Assembly (NCBI GenBank): GCA_017481235.1
Contig: JAFUPL010000050.1
Location: forward strand, 1-54,940
Direction of reading: 5' to 3'
Source of the DNA: Clostridia bacterium
Lineage (GTDB): Bacteria; Bacillota; Clostridia; Christensenellales; UBA1242
DNA: 54,940 bases
The notes beneath the pieces are model-generated. The model did not search any database. It was not told where the DNA came from and was given only the letters and a program-made list of their open reading frames with translations. Shown here one piece after another: positions 29,339-38,663 of the stretch (position 1 is its first letter; each line of letters starts with the position of its first letter). A program made the position numbers and the translations under genes.

Positions 29339-29421
29339 AAGTTCTCCTTAATATTTAAGTGGATTATACATCAAATATATCTAGTTGTCAATACCAAAGT
29401 TTAAATTAATATCAAATTATG

Positions 29422-29501
29422 GGCGGTTGCATTTGCGCGTTAGCGCAAACAAAAAAGGCGACCGCCTTTTTAAACAAAACTTTGTTTTGTTGGCAACCGC
29501 C
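29422..29501. repeat. Structured four-way-junction repeat, copy 2
   Basis: Same closing stem and three hairpins, with compensatory substitutions relative to copy 1. Confidence 0.85.
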
Positions 29502-29541
29502 TTGTCACAACACGACCATTGTAATATTACTGAAACTCTTA

Positions 29542-30303
29542 TTACTTTTTTAACACCTCAATATTATCCACTATCATATTATTGGCATTAAGTTTAGCCT
29601 TAATATAGTCTTCTTCCGTCTTAACCGTCCAAGCAAGAATAGGAATATCCGTTTTGTTTACATATTTATTAGGCAAATTTTCAAGATTATACGACACAAA
29701 ATCAATATGTGAAAAGTTTTTAAAAAACAACTTCTTAATAGGTATTTTTTTATAAAACCTAAGGTGGTCACGCATAAAAAAACTTGATAATTGCCCTCTA
29801 AGTATATTAGGCATAACCTTATAGCAACGGCGAAGTGCAAAAGGATTAAATGATTGAATAAATACTTTACCCCTGTAATTTTCAAGTTCTTGTTTTAATT
29901 TTGGCACAAGTTTTTTCATGTTATTATTAGTTTTAATTTCAATAAGTATTGGAACTTTACCTTTAACCAAATCTAATACATCTTTTAACAGAGGAATTGT
30001 ATAACTTGTATCTTTTAACTTATACCTTTTAATTTCATCATAGGTTAAAAACTTGATAAATTCATTAACACCAGTCATACGAATTAAATTGTCATCATGG
30101 AATACTACTATTTGGTTATCACTGGTTAAATGAATATCAAGTTCTATGCCAAAATTCATTCCCATCGCCTTTTCAAACGCTGGCAAACTATTTTCTGGAT
30201 ATTCATTATGTACACCGCGATGTGCAAAAGGTCTACGAAGCAACTCGCGATATTTATCCTTATCAAACTCACGCTGTATAATTGGAATATTTAGTTTTTT
30301 CAT
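29542..30303 (-). CDS. Glycerophosphodiester phosphodiesterase (GDPD)
   Basis: AHRG, PENSLPAF, IELDIH, FHDD, IEIK, QSFN, AWTV motifs. Confidence 0.92.
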   Translation of the reverse strand: MKKLNIPIIQREFDKDKYRELLRRPFAHRGVHNEYPENSLPAFEKAMGMNFGIELDIHLTSDNQIVVFHDDNLIRMTGVNEFIKFLTYDEIKRYKLKDTSYTIPLLKDVLDLVKGKVPILIEIKTNNNMKKLVPKLKQELENYRGKVFIQSFNPFALRRCYKVMPNILRGQLSSFFMRDHLRFYKKIPIKKLFFKNFSHIDFVSYNLENLPNKYVNKTDIPILAWTVKTEEDYIKAKLNANNMIVDNIEVLKK

Positions 30304-30420
30304 ATTATAAATAACACTTCCTTTAAATAATTATATTATGCTAAATCATAAATATTTTAATAATTCAAAATAAGACAAAAATTTTAGACAAATACCCTTG
30401 TCTAAAACTTTAAAACATTT

Positions 30421-31062
30421 TTAATTTTTGTCTGTTACCCTAACAATAAACTTATAACCATATTTCTTGCATACGGTTTCAAAGCAACGATATAATTTAG
30501 AGTATGTTGCGGTTGCAACAAATGCGTCCCAATTAACATCTTTTCCGCCTAACAACAACTCCAACACGTCACCATTTCTTAGCGCGTCAACATAGGTAAT
30601 CTTGTTACAAATTTCAAATTCGGTTGAAGTAGATGCCAATTCGTCTTTAATACGGTCCGCACCAAAATCCATCTTGTCCGCCAAAATCATGCACGCCGAT
30701 ACAGTGTCGTAAAAGTTATCACCACGTCTACCCGTGTGACTAGCGATTGCACTACAAATCACGTTAATATCCTTTACTGAGAAATTGTGTTTTTTAAGAT
30801 ATGCACGTGCCATTTCAGCCCCTGTTTGCGCATGTAATGAACCGCCGTTTAAATGACCCAAATTATGCAATGCGCAAGCAATAAGTAATAAGTCATATTC
30901 CCTATCACTCATCTCAAAACACTTAGACAAAATCTTAGCATACTTAATAGTTCCTATTGTGTGAATAATGCCATAATGTTTGGGTTTGTTTTGATTAAAT
31001 ATGTCAATTTGCGTTAAAATTGCCATTACTTCTCTATCTTGTAAAATATCTAAATAATTCAT
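30421..31062 (-). CDS. HD-domain family protein (HD changed to HN)
   Basis: HYGIIH, ALHNLGH, HAQTGA, IASH, LADKMD pattern. Confidence 0.75.
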   Translation of the reverse strand: MNYLDILQDREVMAILTQIDIFNQNKPKHYGIIHTIGTIKYAKILSKCFEMSDREYDLLLIACALHNLGHLNGGSLHAQTGAEMARAYLKKHNFSVKDINVICSAIASHTGRRGDNFYDTVSACMILADKMDFGADRIKDELASTSTEFEICNKITYVDALRNGDVLELLLGGKDVNWDAFVATATYSKLYRCFETVCKKYGYKFIVRVTDKN

Positions 31063-31208
31063 TTTATCCCCTACTTAAAAATACTTATTATATTAGTTTA
31101 ACACAAATTGGTTAAATATTGCAACAAAAATCTACAAATAAACTAAAAAAAATCGATATAATATCGATTTTTTATCAATTTATTATTTAATAATACCTAT
31201 TTGACATA

Positions 31209-32168
31209 TTATCTTGAAAATAAATTATCTTGATTATCAATATATACATCATCGGGCAATCTTTCACCAATCGAGTTATAATATCCATCTTCATCTTCAT
31301 ATATAGGTGTGCCTTGAATATCAAAACCCACAAAACGTGTTTGCGAACCAAAATCTTCCTCGTGTTCTATTTTGTTTCCATCAACGTCATACACAACTTC
31401 AACTCCGCCACGTATTATTTGACCTGTTAGGGTTATAAAATGATTGCCTTGCATAAACACTGGAAATTTATTTACATCATAACCCACTATATGAGGTTCA
31501 CTAGTGTCAATTTCTTCATCTTTGTAACCAGTTAAATATTGTTTGTGCATATTCTTTAATTCATTTTTTGACATAAATTGATGTCCAGTTATAAATCCGT
31601 CTAGGTCCTCATTTGATGTTGTTAAATTACTTGCTTTTTCAAGTGCAACATCAATAGTTGCGCCCACTCTTTGCGAATATCCAAGTGCCACTTTGTGCAT
31701 AGTTTGCAATAATGCTTGTTCTATCAAGTTGTCGTCAAGTTCAATATCCAACTCATCTTCTCCAATTGCTTTTAAACGCCCCGCATTATATTCAATCAAA
31801 CTTGAACGCTTTGTTCCCACAATCAAATCCTTGATGTCATCAACCGATATTTTGCCATGTTTAGCACAAAAATCATACATTTTTTGCAATGTTCTACATC
31901 TAAAATCCAGGAAAAGCAACAAGTCTTCGCTAGATAAATTATCCAACCACTCACTTTTAGGTTTTACCCCTCTACGCTTAAGCAAATATCTAAATTCTCG
32001 TTCCCCTCTAAGACCAAACTTGCTTAGATACAAATTTTTAGTGTATCCAATGCATAATGGCAACTTATCCGTACCTATATTACTACTTAAAAACCTTGCA
32101 TACTCCTTATTTTTGTTAGAAACAAGTTTACGTATAATATTCCAGCATTCTCTTTCACTTAATTGCAT
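31209..32168 (-). CDS. Hypothetical protein with duplicated C-terminal beta motif
   Basis: GGAG RBS; IVGYDVNKFPVF and FVGFDIQGTPIY repeat; N-terminal half weakly resembles DinD/antirepressor domains. Confidence 0.7.
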   Translation of the reverse strand: MQLSERECWNIIRKLVSNKNKEYARFLSSNIGTDKLPLCIGYTKNLYLSKFGLRGEREFRYLLKRRGVKPKSEWLDNLSSEDLLLFLDFRCRTLQKMYDFCAKHGKISVDDIKDLIVGTKRSSLIEYNAGRLKAIGEDELDIELDDNLIEQALLQTMHKVALGYSQRVGATIDVALEKASNLTTSNEDLDGFITGHQFMSKNELKNMHKQYLTGYKDEEIDTSEPHIVGYDVNKFPVFMQGNHFITLTGQIIRGGVEVVYDVDGNKIEHEEDFGSQTRFVGFDIQGTPIYEDEDGYYNSIGERLPDDVYIDNQDNLFSR

Positions 32169-32371
32169 TACAATCTCCCAAATATTAAAATTTACCCAAG
32201 TAAATCTACTTCAAGTTTAGTTTACCCTAATTGTCGATTTTTGTCAAGGCAAAATCACTAATCTATCCAACTTTAATATAGTTTTACCTTAACTTATATC
32301 AAAAAAACTCTCACTTTTTAGGTAAGAGTTTTTTATTAATCTATTTGAATAGCCCTAAAACTATCAAACTA

Positions 32372-35300
32372 TTAAGATATCTCCCAACCACTAGATGTCC
32401 TTGTGTAAGTTACAGGCGTGTTAGCAGTGTATGTATGTGTTACATAATCACTTGTTCCAGTTCCCCACCACAACTTGGTTGTATGTGTAATTGTTTTAGT
32501 CTCGATCGTTGACAATATTCCACCCAAACCTCCAAGTGAACCATTTGTCTCAACACTATTAAAGTCAGATGCTCCACTATTGTTAATTGTAATCTTCGCC
32601 CCATCAGTTGTTGAACGTGCAGGACCAGCAAGACGACTACAAACTAGTTCACCATGTATAATTAACTGAGCGTCTCCCTTATCGGTTGGATATCTAACAG
32701 CAGTTAAGTGCGAAGTATCTTTAAACGTAGAATCATAAACTACTATATCATCAGCAGTTAATGTAGCACCACTATAAATAGACAACTTTGCACCTGGGAA
32801 TAACTTAATATCTTGAACGGTAAAATCATATGTTCCACTAAATAAACGTATATCAAATGTCCATGGTATAGGAAGATGGAATTTTTCACTTGTCATAGTC
32901 ATAGATATTGTAATTTTAACATCCATCTTAAGCGGATTCAAACTCATTCCATTATAAAAATTTAAAGTAGTAATTTCATCTTCTGACCACATTGTTATAT
33001 AACTATTTGAATTTGTTAATTGATAAATATAATCAGTGGTTGTTCCTACAAGATTAATATTAATACTTTGGATTTCATCGTCCATTTCAGCATTTGCATA
33101 ACCAATTACTTTGCATCCATACTTAATCTCAGTATATGTAGCAATATTGGCTAATTCGTATTGTGTAAATGGCGCAACATTTTTATTGTACGCAGCATAC
33201 ATATATGAACCACCACGATAATCATTAAGTATAAATGGTAAATATAATTCAGAACCACTATTTAATATAATTTGGCCTGACACGTCCGCGTCAGCTTTAG
33301 TAATATATCCTGTACACTTAATTATACCATTTGATATTATTTGACACTCTGCTCCAATTGCCATTTCAGCATATTTACCACCTGTGTGACCAGTATAATT
33401 ACTAATTACACGTCCACAAGTAAGTTGTCCTGCAATTTCAAGCGTTCCACCATTTTCAATTGTAAGATCATTGTAAAGTCTAATCAAACTGGTTCTAGTG
33501 CCATCTATTTTATCAAATAAGGTACCTGATTCGTGTATTGCAACATTGGTTACGCGCGTGCCTTCGCTATCATATGCCAATAGTAGTGTTACACCCGACT
33601 TAATTGTACAATCTGAACGGATTACCCCATAACGCAATCCAACAACCTCTCTTCCCATAGCAGGTACTACAATCACATCTCCACTAACAGAAGCAGTTAA
33701 CGCTTCCTCAATAGTTGTGTACTTTACGCTTCCTATATATGGAGTTTTAATCGGTGTTCCTGATTTGCTCCATGCATAATTCACATATGTAGTTTTAAAA
33801 TAGGTTGCATTACTTGTGGGATTATACATATCAATAAAGTCTGAATTAGAAGTCCAACAATAATCTGTATTAGTAAATGTTATATTATTTAAATTACTAC
33901 ATTCATAGAATGCTTTTTTCCCTATACTACTTACGGCGCTTGGAATTGTAATACCAGTTAACCCAGTGCACATATAAAAAACTTGTGCATCAATATTTGT
34001 CACGCTTGATGGTAATGTTATTTTTGTTATTTTAGAACTTTGAGCAAATGCTGCTTGTCTAATTGTCGCTAAATTAGTGCAACCCGCTAAATCCACACTA
34101 GTTAAAGTAGTGTTTTTACAGAAGGCATAATCACCTATTGAAGTTGTTCTACTATCCAATGTTAAACTTGTTTTAGTTTTATCATCTAAACGCAGTGCCA
34201 TATAATCTGTATCACTATTTTTATAATAATCTACTCCATTTATAGTTGTCAATTTACTTTCATCTCTAGCAGTAGTTTTTAATACTGAAGCATAATATGC
34301 AAGATAACCATTACCAGTTGACGCAATTGTAACATTCAAACTTGAACGATTATAAACCTCCGCCAAATCATAACAACCATTAAAGGCATTGCTTTCAATA
34401 GTTGTTAAAGTATTTGGCAATTCGATATACTTTAAATCACCACAATATCTAAATGCCTCAGCTCCTATAGTTTCTAGGTTTGATGGAAGTTTTGCAACTT
34501 TTAATTTAGAACAATAACGGAATGCATAATCATCAATTGTTGTTAGTGCCGTACAAGTACTTAGGTCTACATCAACTAATTTTGCATCACTACGGAAAGC
34601 ACTTGCTCCAATAGTTGTCAAATTAGTACAATTGCTTAAATCTATATGATTTAAATTTGTAACACTACGGAATGCATCACTATCAATAGTGGTCAAACCA
34701 TCGCAACCACTTAAATTAATACTAGTCAAAGCGCTATAATCCATAAATGCTCCAGCTTTTATAGTTGTTAAATTAGCACAACCACTCGCATTTAAATTTT
34801 GTACACTACTAGGAACAAAGCCAAAACTAGATATCTTAGTTCCACTCACATTCATATCAGTTAATTTACTACAATTATAAAATGGACTAGTTCCTATTGT
34901 TGTTAGATTGGTGCATCCGCCCAAGTCTACACTTGTTAAATCCATACATTCAAAAAAGGTCCAGGATCCTATTGTTGTTAGATTAGCACATGCACTCATG
35001 TTTATACTTTTTAAACTAGAACAACTCCTAAATGTATCGTCTAATTCCGTTATACTATTTGGTAATGTTATATTTGTTAAACTAGAACAACTCATAAATG
35101 TACCGTTTAGTTGCGTTATACCGATACAGTTACTTAGGTCCACACTGGTTAGACTATCACAATCATAGAATCCATAATTTCGTATAGATGTTGTTCTACT
35201 ATCTAATGTTATACTCGTTTTAGTTTTGTCACTTAAACCTAGTGCCATATAATCTGTTTCACTATTCTTATAATAATCTACTCCATCTATGGTTACAAAT

Positions 35301-36419
35301 TTACTTTCATCTTTTGGCCCATTTAATACTATTCCTGCATAATATGCTACAGAACCATGTGAGGACGCTCCTACCACTATATCTAAACTTGATCTATTAT
35401 ATACTTCTACTAGCGCATAACAATAAGAGAAAGCGTAATTTCCTATGCGAGTCATGGTTACTGGTAAATCAACACTAGTAATGCTCTTTTCAGAAAATAC
35501 CCCTTCAGCATAACCAGAAGCAGGATTATCAATCGGGGCCATGTTGAAGTGTCCTTCCTTAATGCGAGTCACTTGTTTGCCATTGTAGATTGATGGGATT
35601 ACTAGGTTATTTGGCAAGGCGGTTGTACCTCTTTTTACATAATATGTATCGGTAGTGCTATCTAATTCCAACCAATCGCTTGGAAGATTTGCAAATCTTG
35701 CATTAAAACTTTGTCCTTCCTTATATCTTACTGGGAATGTTGCAAATTCACTGTATGTTTCATCTGTAAACCATGCGTCAAAATAATAACCCTCTTTGGT
35801 TGGGGTTAGTAGTTGACTAATTTCTTGACCCTTTACTACGGTTTGACTAGATATCGTTTCGCCATTTGCTTTTATATCTACTGTACCCGCTCTTCCTTGA
35901 TACCACACTATGCTTGATTGGAATGTGGTTGGAATTTCACCTGTTGGCGTTACCACTATGTATATATATTTTGTTCCATGAGTTGATATTCGTTGCGCTT
36001 CGAATATGCTATTACTAGAAGTCACGTTATCTAGTTTTGTATCACTATATGCATAACTTAGCGTCACGTTGCTTGCATCTATTGACTTTAAATTAACCGC
36101 CATGTCATCATCCATAGGGTTATTAAATGTGTATTGATATGCAATGCTTGTTGCCTTTGCATTTATACCTGGGGTATATGTAAAATCTATACTTCCACTT
36201 CCCTTTTGGATACTTACTTCTCCTTCCTTAAAAGTGAAAGTTTGAGGTTTGATTATCTCAACCTCTTGTGATACCTCCGTATCACTAGATTTTATAGCAC
36301 CCCCCCCCTAGTGCATTACTTGGGTTAGGAGAACTATTTAGCACAAAACTAATTACTAATGCTACACACATTGTAAATGCTATGCTTACGCCTAGTACAA
36401 GTTTCTTAACTTTTGTCAT
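32372..36419 (-). CDS. Giant BspA-type LRR surface protein, frameshifted at a G9 tract (main ORF 32372..36115)
   Basis: Many LRR_5 repeats (LTTIGxxAFxxC), an InlB-B repeat and a beta-rich C-terminus; signal-peptide frame from ATG 36419 (AAGGAG RBS) joins the main frame if the G run is 8 or 11 long. Confidence 0.85.
36300..36308 (-). repeat. Homopolymeric G9 tract, putative slipped-strand switch
   Basis: C9 on the + strand in an AT-rich genome, exactly at the frame break. Confidence 0.8.
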
Positions 36420-36654
36420 AATTATCTCCTTTATAAAATTTACTATAATTATTTTAACAATTTAATATCAAAAAGTAAAATGATTTACAATATTTTTTAC
36501 ATATTTTTACAAATTTATTAAAATTTTTATATTTTTTAGATATTTGAGCATTGAAAACAACTCTTTTACAAAAAATTTTGATTAATAAAGCACTTAAAAT
36601 AAGGCACTTTGTTGATATTAACAAAAAAAATTGAAAAAATTTTGGAAAAGGGTA

Positions 36655-36682
36655 TTGACAAATCCAAAATATGTGGTATTAT
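36655..36682 (+). promoter_or_regulatory. Sigma-A promoter of rnpB
   Basis: TTGACA-16nt-TGnTATTAT. Confidence 0.7.
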
Positions 36683-36690
36683 TATAGCGT

Positions 36691-37041
36691 CAGCTTGGTC
36701 AGATGGTCGCAGGATAGTTGTAATGGCTATCGTGAGGAAAGTCCGAGCTTCACAGAGCAGGGTGCTGGCTAACTACCAGTCTAGGCAACTAGAAGGAAAG
36801 TGCAACAGAAATATACCGCTATACCCCTGAGTGGTTATTGTAAGGATGAAAAGGCGAGGCAAGAGCTCACCGCACACTTGGTGACAAGTGTGGTCCATGT
36901 AAACCCCACCCGAAGCAAGGTTAAGAAAAACGTTATTAGTTGCTCGCTAAGTTTTTCAAAAATACCGCTAAAATTGATACGGTAACGATTAATTTAGATA
37001 GATGACCATCAAATACAGAACTCGGCTTATAGACCAAACTG
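36691..37041 (+). ncRNA. rnpB: RNase P RNA (type A)
   Basis: GAGGAAAGTCCGAGC, GGAAAGTGCAACAGAA, TAAACCCC, AGATAGATG, ACAGAACTCGGCTTA conserved regions; P1 pairing CAGcTTGGTC/GACCAAaCTG. Confidence 0.95.
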
Positions 37042-37073
37042 CCACCTAAATGCTTTCATCCTTTTCGGATGAC

Positions 37074-37109
37074 AAAAAGAGGACGAAATTATCTCGCGTC
37101 CTCTTTTTT
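37074..37109 (+). terminator. Intrinsic terminator after rnpB
   Basis: AAAAAGAGGACG...CGTCCTCTTTTTT. Confidence 0.8.
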
Positions 37110-37187
37110 CGTATCATTTTAAAAATCCCCTATTGACAAATTATAGATTTATGATATAATACACTTAAATTTAAGGAGAAATTTATA

Positions 37188-37871
37188 ATGCAAAACTACG
37201 AATTTGATATTGATTATATTCATGATGGCGTGTTTAGTTCTAAAAATAATATTCGCGCTTATTGTCCTAACCGCGAAAGTAAAATTTTGCCAAACAAATA
37301 TAATATTTGTTGCACTAATCTACCACAAGGCACATATTCTATAAAAAATAGTAAAATCAATTTTCATTTTAACACTAGATATAGTATGGTTTATGGCGAC
37401 TTGTTTGATAGCGTGCGTGAAACTTATGAAAATTATGGAGATTTTTCGTTTAAAGTTTTAGGAGATTGCGAATTTATGCTTCAACTAAAAAGGTGTAAAC
37501 GCAAAGATATTGAGCAAATTGTGATTTCATTGCGTGAACAAGCAGTTAAAAATCAAAACAATCTACAACAAAAACAGGAAAGCTTGATTCAAAAAGACAT
37601 TAAATCACACACTGATTTAGGTGAAGAGTATAACCGCGAATCATTTTATGCTACACTTAACGAATGTGCTCAAGATGAATTTAAAATTGAGATTGACCCT
37701 AACAACACTCTAATTGATGCTGATACAATAAGTTTGCACTCAGCAAAATTAATTCAAGACCAAATTAAAATTGCACGTGAAAAACGTAAGTTGTTTAATC
37801 TTGAAAAAAGATATATCCAAGATAAAGAAAAATTAAATGCAAATGCTCAATCATTAAACAATCAATTATAG
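37188..37871 (+). CDS. Hypothetical protein (tandem paralog C)
   Basis: Own TTGACA/TATAAT promoter; shares LPxGxYxI, SLREQ, LIxKDIKS, LGExYNRxSF with 37888..38526. Confidence 0.8.
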   Translation: MQNYEFDIDYIHDGVFSSKNNIRAYCPNRESKILPNKYNICCTNLPQGTYSIKNSKINFHFNTRYSMVYGDLFDSVRETYENYGDFSFKVLGDCEFMLQLKRCKRKDIEQIVISLREQAVKNQNNLQQKQESLIQKDIKSHTDLGEEYNRESFYATLNECAQDEFKIEIDPNNTLIDADTISLHSAKLIQDQIKIAREKRKLFNLEKRYIQDKEKLNANAQSLNNQL

Positions 37872-37887
37872 ATTTAAGGAGACTTTT

Positions 37888-38526
37888 ATGGAAAATATTC
37901 AATTTACCGAAAAAGAATTAAAATACATTAATGCTAGTATTCTAGATAAAACACACGATATACATATAGATGGAATACAAACTATAAAAGCAACGTTGCC
38001 AAAAGGAAAATATAACATATTTGTTGCAGAATGTGAAGACCGTTTAACAATATGTGACGACTTAAGAGTTTTTTACAATATTAAAGCAACTCCATCATTA
38101 ATAAAAAACCGTTTTGGTGTTGAATTTGCTATCACTGCTAATATGAAAATTGAATTTAGTTTAGTTCATGAACGTTATGAATGTTTTGCATATATTATTC
38201 ATTCATTACGTGAACAAGTAATATGCAATCGCAAAATTTTAAAACAAAAGAAAGAACGTTTGATTGAAAAAGATATTAAATCACGTAGCACAAATTTAGG
38301 CGAAGACTACAATCGTAATTCATTTTTTGAAACCATATGGGAATGCACACAACTTGACGAAACCTTAGATGTAGATTTAAGTAAATCTCCTAAAGATAAT
38401 GATGTTAATTTGCTACAATTTGCAAAAATACAACAAGATAAACTTAGATTACGTAAAAAGCAACAAGAATTAGATATGGAAGCAATGGAAATTGCTATCC
38501 GCGAACAAGAATTAATGAAATATTAA
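37888..38526 (+). CDS. Hypothetical protein (tandem paralog D)
   Basis: AAGGAG RBS; same motifs as paralog C; coiled-coil C-terminus. Confidence 0.8.
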   Translation: MENIQFTEKELKYINASILDKTHDIHIDGIQTIKATLPKGKYNIFVAECEDRLTICDDLRVFYNIKATPSLIKNRFGVEFAITANMKIEFSLVHERYECFAYIIHSLREQVICNRKILKQKKERLIEKDIKSRSTNLGEDYNRNSFFETIWECTQLDETLDVDLSKSPKDNDVNLLQFAKIQQDKLRLRKKQQELDMEAMEIAIREQELMKY

Positions 38527-38628
38527 AGTATGAAAATATGAAGTCGCAACTTTCGTTGCTTATGAAAGTATTATTGATTAGTTATAATCTGTCATCAATT
38601 CTTCACTATTCATTTTTCATTAATCATT

Positions 38629-38663
38629 AAAACAACCTCTCATTATTTTGAGAGGTTGTTTTT
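38629..38663. terminator. Bidirectional terminator
   Basis: AAAACAACCTCTCA...TGAGAGGTTGTTTT between convergent genes. Confidence 0.8.

Noticed and set aside
28722-29501. CRISPR array or tRNA interpretation of the repeated element
   Set aside because: Only two ~80-bp copies 700 bp apart, no spacers or cas genes; no D-loop GG, TTC or CCA features.
36609-36985. ORFs 36609..36830 and 36800..36985
   Set aside because: They overlap the RNase P RNA and its promoter; spurious.
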